This document shows, one piece after another, positions 52,289 through 62,875 of a DNA stretch of 64,000 nucleotides; the first letter of the stretch is position 1, and each line of letters opens with the position of its first letter. Source of the stretch: Leidyana gryllorum EB-2025a (Eukaryota; Protista; Apicomplexa). The position numbers and the translations under genes are program-made. The stretch covers positions 270,175 to 334,174 of the forward strand of contig JBLWGC010000036.1 in the NCBI GenBank assembly GCA_048772705.1. Reading direction: 5' to 3'. The notes beneath the pieces are model-generated. The model saw nothing but the letters and a program-made list of their open reading frames with translations. It did no database searches and was not told where the DNA came from.

Positions 52289-54337
52289 TCAAGAAGTTTG
52301 TTTCCATTTTGACCACAGGTGACTCGCACAATGTAAAAGCCCCGCAGGCAGTAATCTGGAAGTTCTGGATTTCTTCTCCCTTCGCGGGAACACCTCTTCG
52401 TACAGCGACGCGGGACAGACAGCCGGTAACTTTAACGGAAGATCAAAATACTCCAATTCTCTGTAGCGCTGAGTCAACAACGCACGCCCGAACCACCAAT
52501 CGCCTTTGCAAAAATAGGCGATGAAGTCGAACACTCCGCCGACGGAGGTCTGAGCCTCTCGCAATGTCCCTTCCAACATTTCAGCGTACCACTGAGTGAC
52601 AAAGGCCTTTGGAAGGCCGAAGTAATGAGTGTTTGAGGGAAGTGTTGACTCAGCGTGGACACTTCTTTCTCGCAGCTCTGTCCATTGTTCTGGATGGTCG
52701 GCAGTCTGAGCCCTCAGACACAGACCGATCTCTTCAGCAGAACACCCGATGTATTTCAGCACAGCCTCGAGAGTGGCATCGGTATAGAGTCCCGAAACGA
52801 GTTCCAATTGGACCTTAGGCCACGGATAGTGCAAAAGGGCTGCAGCTTGGAGACCGAAACGGACCCGAACGCCTCTCCGTCGCCAAATGGAGTGCCCAAC
52901 CAAAAACCAGTCAGTCAACTTCGCGATGTTCGACGGCACTCCGGTGACACCGACATATTGAATTTGACACCTTTCAATCAAACGTCGCATCGCTTCCGGT
53001 GAGGCATCCCGTTGGGTGTGAAGGCATAGCACCCGGACACAGTCGGGGGGCCAATGGGCGGGGGTCGCGCTCTCACACAGTCCTTCAACGAGCGCCCATC
53101 CCTCCAGAGGTAATTCGATACGCTTCAGATTCTGAAGGGGCAGAGCTTCGAGTACGCTTTCAGTCAGAGTCGGAGTGGAGTTGTTGTTGACATAGAGAAC
53201 CCGTGTCACCTCTGACCACTCCACTGGATGTTTAATGCCGGTTGCGCTCAGATAAAGTGTATTGTCACTCATCGATCCAAAGTACGGAGGAGGGTACACA
53301 GCTGGAGGTTCGGTCAGTGGGAGCGCGCTCCACCGGAAAGGGGGTGAATCCAGATCCTTTGTTCGGGCCAACCGAAACCATCCGAGGTTCGAGTAGACGC
53401 GCCGCAGCACAGTGCCATCTTCTTGAGTCTCGTTCACAAGCCGTTGTGAATATAGTTTGGTCACGAACGGCTCATTCCGCAGGAAAGTGCGACACAGCGG
53501 ATGCATATGGCGCTCCCGATCGCTCCATTCTCGTCTGAGGTACTCCCAGAGCCTCTGTGACCCTCTGAATGAAAAGTAAGTTAATGCTTCCAGGAAGCCT
53601 CACCTCGCGCACTTTGGCCACGTGTGTGTGAATCCGATTCGGAACTCCACTGGATCGCTCGCCCAATCCTGCGCCTCGGGTAAATGTTGCACAAGACACG
53701 GCGATGTCTGCCATCCCCCGTTTGCCACAGAGGCTGCGGTGTCGTTAATTTTGAAGACCCAATGCCTGAAGTGTGGCTTTGTCACCGACACAATCAGGTC
53801 GTTGCCGCCATCACCGACAGCCCTATAGAGCTCCACCGCCAAATCGTGGCGAATGAAAGGAAGTTGATTTCTTGTGACGACTAAACATTCCAACTCCGGA
53901 GCATCGATAAGCAGCGACCCTTCAGACAGGTGTGAGTCTGAGATGTCCAAGAACTTCAGGTTGGGGAAACTGAAAGTGTGGGTCTGCCACGACCCCCGAC
54001 TTTCGAAAACGGTGCCTATGGTCGCTTCCGTTAATCTCGGCAATCCCCATTGGGACATCTTTTGTAGCAGATCAGTGAATATCAGGCGTTTGAATGTGTG
54101 TCCTGTCCAGCTCAAGGACTCCAGGTGACGGCACGATCGGCAAAGCCACGCTTCAAACCAAGAGGCGCGCTGAACCCAGGCCCACTGTGAGGCTGCGAGA
54201 GAAAGGCGTTGAGAAACCAATAATGAGTTCTCAGAGTGAAGAATACTGTGTAGCTGTTTCGAGATTCCTGCCGCTTTTGTCAGCTCCCACAGCGGTAAGA
54301 AAGCCAGAATTTGGGTCCAGATGTCGTCGTTCAGCAT
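52289..54337 (-). CDS. F-box/LRR-like protein, copy 1 (669 aa; intron 53565-53603)
   Basis: N-terminal F-box LNDDIWTQILAFLPLWELTKAAGISKQL and LRR strands (LESLSW, LPRLTEATI, FPNLKFLDIS, APELECLVV, LQNLKRIEL). The 39-nt GTGAGG..TTCAG intron removes the in-frame TGA and fuses the 245-aa and 405-aa ORFs. Confidence 0.88.
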
Positions 54338-54406
54338 TGGTCAACACAGAGACCGGCAATGTTGTCTGCACACACTCGTGTGCGATCTAGAGCACCAGCC
54401 CAAGCA

Positions 54407-54874
54407 ATGTTGTGTAGTGATGCCGGAGGGGATGTCGTCAGGATTTCCCGACGTAAACTTGGCAACGAGCACTTTACTAAGCGAGACATGGAGCACAGAG
54501 ATGCTGACCGCGTCGCGCTCGATATATGCAAAGATACGACAAACCCTGTGGTCCACGGCTGACTTTCGGACGCAGATTACAACGCCATGTGCCAGACGAC
54601 ACTGAGAGTCCGCCTGTAAGTCTTGTAGTGAGCACAGAGATTGAGCAGAGCCATCAGGTGCCGTACTCAATGCTTTGAGGTCTCGAGCCTGTCAACACCA
54701 TACTATAAGGCACTTTATTGCCTTTCGGCAAACACTTACATCACTGTAGTGTGGACCTCACAGCTGCTGAAATTCGACTGCTCAGTGCTCCCGATCCGGA
54801 AGTCTTACTTCGTGTTCATCTGCACAACATCTGACTTTACGTGCAGTAGTGGTCATGATTTTGTCCAAACGTAG
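54407..54874 (+). pseudogene. Companion gene relic (in-frame TGA 54560-62; intron 54616-54657)
   Basis: ATG lies 70 nt from the F-box ATG on the opposite strand. The frame continues past the TGA to a GTAAGT donor and a second exon. Confidence 0.45.
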
Positions 54875-54932
54875 AGCTCAGGGACACTGATTTTCACTGG
54901 CTGAAGTAAAGAAAGCCGTTGACCGAGGAATC

Positions 54933-56981
54933 TCAAGAAGGTTGTTTCCATTTTGACCATAGATGACTCGCACAATGTAAAAGCCCCGCAGGCAGTAATC
55001 TGGAAGCTCTGGATTTCTTCTCCCTTCGCGGGAACACCTCTTCGTACAGCGACGCGGGACAGACAGCCGGTAACTTTAACGGAAGATCAAAATACTCCAA
55101 TTCTCTGTAGCGCTGATTCAACAACGCACGCCCGAACCACCAATCGTCTGTGCAAAAACGGGCGATGCGGTCGAACACTCCGCCGACGGAGGTCTGAGCC
55201 TCTCGCAATGTCCCTTCCAACATTTCAGCGTACCACTGAGTGACAAAGGCCTTTGGAACGCTGTAGTAATGAGTGTTTGATGGAAGTGTTGACTCAGCGT
55301 GGACACTTCTTTCTCGCAGCTTTGTCCATTGTTCTGGATGGTCGGTAGTCTGAGCCCTCAGACACAGACCGATCTCTTCAGCAGAACACCCGATGTATTT
55401 CAGCACAGCCTCGAGAGTGGCATCGGTATAGAGTCCCGAAACGAGTTCCAATTGGACCTTAGGCCACGGATAGTGCAAAAGGGCTGCAGCTTGGAGACCG
55501 AAACGGACCCGAACGCCTCTCCGTCGCCAAATGGAGTGCCCAACCAAAAACCAGTCAGTCAACTTCGCGATGTTCGACGGCACTCCGGTGACACCGACAT
55601 ATTGAATTTGACACCTTTCAATCAAACGTCGCATCGCTTCCGGTGAGGCATCCCGTTGGGTGTGAAGGCATAGCACCCGGACACAGTCGGGGGGCCAATG
55701 GGCGGGGGTCGCGCTCTCACACAGTCCTTCAACGAGCGCCCATCCCTCCAGAGGTAATTCGATACGCTTCAGATTCTGAAGGGGCAGAGCTTCGAGTACG
55801 CTTTCAGTCAGAGTCGGAGTGGAGTTGTTGTTGACATAGAGAACCCGTGTCACCTCTGACCACTCCACTGGATGTTTAATGCCGGTTGCGCTCAGATAAA
55901 GTGTGTTGTCACTCATCGATCCAAAGTACGGAGGAGGGTACACAGCGGGAGGTTCGGTCAGTGGGAGTGCGCTCCACCGGAGAGGGGGTGAATCCAAATT
56001 CTTTGTTCGGGCCAACCGAAACCATCCGAGGTTCGAGTAGACGCGCCGCAGCACAGTGCCATCTTCTTGAGTCTCGTTCACAAGCCGTTGTGAATATAGT
56101 TTGGTCACGAACGGCTCATTCCGCAGGAAAGTGCGACACAGCGGATGCATATGGCGCTCCCGATCGCTCCATTCTCGTCTGAGGTACTCCCAGAGCCTCT
56201 GTGACCCTCTGAATGAAATGTAAGTCAGCGCTTCCAGGAAGCCTCACCTCGCGCACTTTGGCCACGTGTGTGTGAATCCGATTCGGAACTCCACTGGATC
56301 GCTCGCCCAATCCTGCGCCTCGGGTAAATGTTGCACAAGACACGGCGATGTCTGCCATCCCCCGTTCGCCACAGAGGCTGCGGTGTCGTTAATTTTGAAG
56401 ACCCAATGCCTGAAGTGTGGCTTTGTCACCAACACAATCAGGTCGTTGCGGCCGTCACCCACAGCCCTATAGAGCTCTACCGCCAAATCGTGGCGAATGA
56501 AAGGAAGTTGGTCTCTTTGGACGACCAAACACTCCAACTCCGGAGCATCGATAAGCAGCGACCCTTCAGACAGGTCTGACTCTGAAATGTCCAAAAACTT
56601 CAGGTTGGGGAAACTGAAAGTGTGGGTCTGCCACGACCCCCGACTTTCGAAAACGGTGCCTATGGTCGCTTCCGTTAATCTCGGCAATCCCCATTGGGAC
56701 ATCTTTTGTAGCAGATCAGTGAATATCAGGCGTTTGAATGTGTGTCCTGTCCAGGTCAAGGACTCCAGGTGACGGCACGATCGGTAAAGCCACGCTTCAA
56801 ACCAAGAGGCGCGCTGAACCCAGGCCCACTGTGAGGCTGCGAGAGAAAGGCGTTGAGAAACCAATAATGAGTTCTCAGAGTGAAGAATACTGTGTAGCTG
56901 TTTCGAGATTCCTGCCGCTTTTGTCAGCTCCCATAGCGGTAAGAAAGCCAGAATTTGGGTCCAGATGTCGTCGTTCAGCAT
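54933..56981 (-). CDS. F-box/LRR-like protein, copy 2 (669 aa; intron 56209-56247)
   Basis: Same structure as copy 1; intact. Confidence 0.88.
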
Positions 56982-57050
56982 TGGTCAGCACCGAGACCGG
57001 CAATGTTGTCTGCACACACTCGTGTGCGATCTAGAGCACCAGCCCAAGCA

Positions 57051-57506
57051 ATGTTGTGCAGTGATGCCGGAGGGGATGTCGTCAGGATTTCCCGACGTAA
57101 ACTTGACAACGAGCACTTTACGAAGCGAGACATGGGGCAAGAGATGCTGACCGCGTCGCGCTCGATATATGCAAAGATACCACCAACCCTGTGGTCCGCG
57201 GCTGACTTTCGGACGCAGATCTCAACGCCATGTGCCAGACGACACTGAGAGTCCGCCTGTAAGTCTTGTAGTAGGCACAGAGACTGAGCAGAGCCATCAG
57301 GTGCCGTACTCAATGCTTTGAGGTCTCGAGCCTCGTCAACACCATACTATAAGGCACTTTATTGCCTCTCGGCAAACACTTACATCACTGTAGTGTGGAC
57401 CTCACAGCTGCTGACATTCGACTGCTCCCGATCCGGAAGTCTTACTTCGTGTTCATCTGCACAACATTTGACTACACGTGCAGTAGTGGTCGTATTTTTA
57501 TCTAAC
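57051..57506 (+). pseudogene. Companion gene relic with extra indels
   Basis: Same sequence as the other companions, with TGA at 57203-05, a 1-nt deletion near 57139 and a short deletion near 57425. Confidence 0.45.
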
Positions 57507-57576
57507 CGTAGAGCTCACCGAGACTGATTTTCACTCTGTCTGAAGACAAGCAAAGAAAGCCGTTGACCCGGGAACC

Positions 57577-59625
57577 TCAAGAAGTTTGTTTCCATTTTGA
57601 CCATAGATGACTCGCACAATGTAAAAGCCCCGCAGGCAGTAATCTGGAAGCTCTGGATTTCTTCTCCCTTCGCGGGAACACCTCTTCGTACAGCGACGCG
57701 GGACAGACAGCCGGTAACTTTAACGGAACATCAAAATACTCCAATTCTCTGTAGCGCTGATTCAACAACGCACGCCCGAACCACCAATCGTCTGTGCAAA
57801 AACGGGCGATGCGGTCGAACACTCCGCCGACGGAGGTCTGAGCCTCTCGCAATGTCCCTTCCAACATTTCAGCGTACCACTGACTGACAAAGGCCTTTGG
57901 AACGCTGTAGTAATGAGTGTTTGAGTGAAGACTTGACTCAGCGTGGACACTTCTTGCTCGCAGCTTTGTCCATTGTTCTGGATGGTCGGCAGTCTGACCC
58001 CTCAGACACAGACCGATCTCTTCAGCGGGACACCCGATGTATTTCAGCACAGCCTCGAGAGTGGCATCGGTATAGAGTCCCGAAACGAGTTCCAATTGGA
58101 CCTTAGGCCACGGATAGTGCAAAAGGGCTGCAGCTTGGAGACCGAAACGGACCCGAACGCCTCTCCGTCGCCAAATGGAGTGCCCAACCAAAAACCAGTC
58201 AGTCAACTTCGCGATGTTCGACGGCACTCCGGTGACACCGACATATTGAATTTGACACCTTTCAATCAAACGTCGCATCGCTTCCGGTGAGGCATCCCGT
58301 TGGGTGTGAAGGCATAGCACCCGGACACAGTCGGGGGGCCAATGGGCGGGGGTCGCGCTCTCACACAGTCCTTCAACGAGCGCCCATCCCTCCAGAGGTA
58401 ATTCGATACGCTTCAGATTCTGAAGGGGCAGAGCTTCGAGTACGCTTTCACTCAGAGTCGGAGTGGAGTTGTTGCTGACATAGAGAACCCGTGTCACCTC
58501 TGACCACTCCACTGGATGTTTAATGCCGGTTGCGCTCAGATAAAGTGTGTTGTCACTCGTCAATCCAAAGTACGGAGGAGGGTACACAGCGGGAGGTTCG
58601 GTCAGTGGGAGTGCGCTCCACCGGAGAGGGGGTGAATCCAGATCCTTTGTTCGGGCCAACCGAAACCATCCGAGGTTCGAGTAGACGCGCCGCAGCACAG
58701 TGCCATCTTCTTGAGTCTCGTTCACAAGCCGTTGTGGATATATATCTGTCACGAACGGCTCAGTCCGCAGGAAAGTGCGACACAGCGGATGCATATGGCG
58801 CTCCCGATCGCTCCATTCTCGTCTGAGGTACTCCCACAGCCTCTGTGACCCTCTGAATGAAATGTAAGTCAGTGCTTCCAGGAAGCCTCACCTCGCGCAC
58901 TTTGGCCACGTGTGTGTGAATCCGATTCGGAACTCCACTGGATCGCTCGCCCAATCCTGCGCCTCGGGTAAATATTGCACCAGACACGGCGATGTCTGCC
59001 ATCCCCCGTTCGCCACAGAGGCTGCGGTGTCGTTAATTTTGAAGACCCAATGCCTGAAGTGTGGCCTTGTCACCGACACAATCAGGTCGTTGCGGCCGTC
59101 ACCCACAGCCCTATGGAGCTCCACCGCCAAATCGTGGCGAATGAAAGGAAGTTGGTTTCTTGTGACGACTAAACATTCCAACTCCGGAGCATCGATAAGC
59201 AGCGACCCTTCAGACAAGTCTGACTCTGAGATGTCCAAAAACTTCAGGTTGGGGAAACTGAAAGTGTGGGTCTGCCACGACCCCCCACGTTCGAAAACGG
59301 TGCCTATGGTCGCTTCCGTTAATCTCGGCAATCCCCATTGGGACATCTTTTGTAGCAGATCAGTGAATATCAGCCGTTTGGATATGAGGCCGCTCCAGGT
59401 CAAGGACTCCAGGTGACGGCAGGATCGGCAAAGCCACGCTTCAAACCAAGAGGCGCGCCGAACCCAGGCCCACTGTGAGGGTGCGAGAGAAAGGCGTTGA
59501 GAAACCAATAATGAGTTCTCAGAGTGAAGAATATTGTGTAGCTGTTTCGAGATTCCTGCCGCTTTTGTCAGCTCCCATAGCGGTAAGAAAGCCAGAATTT
59601 GGGTCCAGATGTCGTCGTTCAGCAT
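57577..59625 (-). CDS. F-box/LRR-like protein, copy 3 (669 aa; intron 58853-58891)
   Basis: Same structure as copy 1; intact. Confidence 0.88.
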
Positions 59626-59694
59626 TGGTCAGCACCGAGACCGGCAAGCTTGTCTGCACACACTCGTGTGCGATCTAGAGCACCAGCCCAAGCA

Positions 59695-60157
59695 ATGTTG
59701 TGCAGTGATGCCGGAGGGGATGTCGTCAGGATTTCCCGACGTAAACTTGGCAACGAGCACTTTACGAAGCGAGACATGGGGCTCAGAGATGCTGACCGCG
59801 TCGCGCTCGATATATGCAAAGATACGACAAACCCTGTGGTCCGCGGCTGACTTTCGGACGCAGATCTTAACACCATGTGCCAGACGACACTGAGAGTCTG
59901 CCTGTAAGTCTTGTAGTAGGCACAGAGACTGAGTAGAGCCATCAAGTGCCGTACGCAATGCTTTGAGGTCTCGAACCTCGTCAACACCATACTATAAGGC
60001 ACTTTATTGCCTTTCAGCAACCACTTACATCACTGTGGTGTGGACCTCACAGCTGCTGACATTCGACTGCTTAGTGCTCCCGATCCGGAAGTCTTACTTC
60101 GTGTTCATCTGCACAACATTTGACTACACGTGCAGTAGTGGTCGTATTTTTATCTAA
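59695..60157 (+). pseudogene. Best-preserved companion gene: ~139 codons, open except for one TGA (59848-50); intron 59904-59946
   Basis: Reads MLCSDAGGDVVRIS...NPVVRG*LSDADLNTMCQTTLRVCL|AVRNALRSRTSSTPYYKALYCLSATTYITVVW...GRIFI*. Confidence 0.5.
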
Positions 60158-60230
60158 CCGTAGAGCTCACCGAGACTGGTTTTCACTCTGTCTGAAGTGA
60201 TAAGCAAAGAAAGCCGTTGACCGGGGAGCC

Positions 60231-62279
60231 TCAAGAAGTTTGTTTCCATTTTGACCACAGATGACTCGCACAATGTAAAAGCCCCGCAGGCAGTAATCTT
60301 GAAGTTCTGGATTTCTTCTCCCTTCGCGAGAACACCTCTTCGTACAGCGACGCGGGACAGACAGCCGGTAAATTTAACGGAAGGTCGAAATACTCCAATT
60401 CTCTGTAGCGCTGATTCAACAAAGCACGCCCGAACCACCAATCGTCTGTGCAAAAAATGGCGATGAAGTCGAACACTCCGCCGACGGAGGTCTGAGCCTC
60501 TCGCAATGTCCCTTCCAACATTTCAGCGTACCACTGACTGACAAAGGCCTTTGGAACGCTGTAGTAATGAGTGTTCGAGGGAAGTGTTGACTCAGCGTGG
60601 ACACTTCTTTCTCGCAGCTCTGTCCATTGTTCTGGATGGTCGGCAGTCTGAGCCCTCAGACACAGACCGATCTCTTCAGCAGAACACCCGATGTATTTCA
60701 GCACAGCCTCGAGAGTGGCATCGGTATAGAGTCCCGAAACGAGTTCCAATTGGACCTTAGGCCACGGATAGTGCAAAAGGGCTGCAGCTTGGAGACCGAA
60801 ACGGACCCGAACGCCTCTCCGTCGCCAAATGGAGTGCCCAACCAAAAACCAGTCAGTCAACTTCGCGATGTTCGACGGCACTCCGGTGACACCGACATAT
60901 TGAATTTGACACCTTTCAATCAAACGTCGCATCGCTTCCGGTGAGGCATCCCGTTGGGTGTGAAGGCATAGCACCCGGACACAGTAGGGGGGCCAATGGG
61001 CGGGGGTCGCGCTCTCACACAGTCCTTCAACGAGCGCCCATCCCTCCAGAGGTAATTCGATACGCTTCAGATTCTGAAGGGGCAGAGCTTCGAGTACGCT
61101 TTCAGTCAGAGTCGGAGTAGAGTTGTTGTTGACATAGAGAACCCGTGTCACCTCTGACCATTCCACTGGATGTTTAATGCCGGTTGCGCTCAGATAAAGT
61201 GTGTTGTCACTCATCGATCCAAAGTACGGAGGAGGGTACACAGCGGGAGGTTCGGTCAGTGGGAGTGCGCTCCACCGGAGAGGGGGTGAATCCAAATTCT
61301 TTGTTCGGGCCAACCGAAACCATCCGAGGTTCGAGTAGACGCGCCGCAGCACAGTGCCATCTTCTTGAGTCTCGTTCACAAGCCGTTGTGAATATAGTTT
61401 GGTCACGAACGGCTCATTCCGCAGGAAAGTGCGACACAGCGGATGCATATGGCGCTCCCGATCGCTCCATTCTCGTCTGAGGTACTCCCAGAGCCTCTGT
61501 GACCCTCTGAATGAAATGTAAGTCAGTGCTTCCAGGAAGCCTCACCTCGCGCACTTTGGCCACGTGTGTGTGAATCCGATTCGGAACTCCACTGGATCGC
61601 TCGCCCAATCCTGCGCCTCGGGTAAATATTGCACCAGACACGGCGATGTCTGCCATCCCCCGTTCGCCACAGAGGCTGCGGTGTCGTCATTTTTGAAGAC
61701 CCAATGCCTGAAGTGTGGCTTTGTCACCGACACAATCAGGTCGTTGCGGCCGTCACCCACAGCCCTATGGAGCTCCACCGCCAAATCGTGGCGAATGAAA
61801 GGAAGTTGGTCTCTTGTGACGACCAAACATTCCAACTCCGGAGCATCGATAAGCAGCGACCCTTCAGAGAGGTCTGACATTGAGATGTCCAAAAACTTCA
61901 GGTTGGGGAAACTGAAAGTGTGGGTCTGCCACGACCCCCGACTTTCGAAAACGGTGCCTATGGTCGCTTCCGTTAATCTCGGCAATCCCCATTGGGACAT
62001 CTTTTGTAGCAGATCAGTGAATATCAGCCGTTTGAATGTGCGTCCTCTCCAGGTCAAGGACTCCAGGTGACGGCACGATCGGCAAAGCCACGCTTCAAAC
62101 CAAGAGGCGCGCTGAACCCAGGCCCACTGTGAGGGTGCGAGAGAAAGGTGTTGAGAAACCAATAATGAGTTCTCAGAGTGAAGAATACTGTGTAGCTGTT
62201 TCGAGATTCCTGCCGCTTTTGTCAGCTCCCATAGCGGTAAGAAAGCCAGAATTTGGGTCCAGATGTCGTCGTTCTGCAT
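60231..62279 (-). CDS. F-box/LRR-like protein, copy 4 (669 aa; intron 61507-61545)
   Basis: Same structure as copy 1. The start MQNDD at 62279 is assigned by homology; the 368-aa ORF call is over-extended upstream. Confidence 0.88.
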
Positions 62280-62348
62280 TGGTAAGCACCGAGACCGGCA
62301 AGCTTGTCTGCACACACTCGTGTGCGACCTGGAGCACCAGCCCAAGCA

Positions 62349-62814
62349 ATGTTGTGCAGTGATGCCGGAGGGGATGTCGTCAGGATTTCCCGACATGAAC
62401 TTGGCAACGAGCACTTTACGAAGCGAGACATGGGGCACAGAGATGCTGACCGCGTCGCGCTCGATATATGCAAAGATACGACAAACCCTGTGGTTCGCGG
62501 CTGACTTTCGGACGCAGATCTCAACGCCATGTGCCAGACGACACTGAGAGTCCGCCTGTAAGTCTAGTAGTAAGCACACAGATTGAGCAGAGCCATCAGG
62601 TGACGTACTTAATGCTTTGAGGTCTCGAGCCTCGGCAACGCCATACAATTAGGCACTTTTTTGCCTTTCAGCAACCACTTACATCACTGTAGTGTGGACC
62701 TCACAGCTGCTGAAATTCGACTGCTCAGTGCTCCCGATCCGGAAGTCTTACTTCGTGTTCATCTGCACAACATCTGACTTTACGTGCAGTAGTGGTCATG
62801 ATTTTGTCCAAACG
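62349..62814 (+). pseudogene. Companion gene relic
   Basis: TGA at 62502-04, and the second exon is more diverged. Confidence 0.4.
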
Positions 62815-62875
62815 TAGAGCTCAGGGACACTGATTTTCACTGGCTGAAGTAAAGAAAGCCGTTGACCGAGGAATC

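Noticed and set aside
54560-54562. Genome-wide TGA=Trp code reassignment
   Set aside because: eIF4A, V-ATPase D, PRP5, CAF1 and syntaxin terminate at TGA in expected positions, and Trp is encoded by TGG.
61542-62648. 368-aa N-terminally extended F-box ORF in copy 4
   Set aside because: The extension is open only in this copy; the other copies have an in-frame stop just upstream of the homologous ATG.
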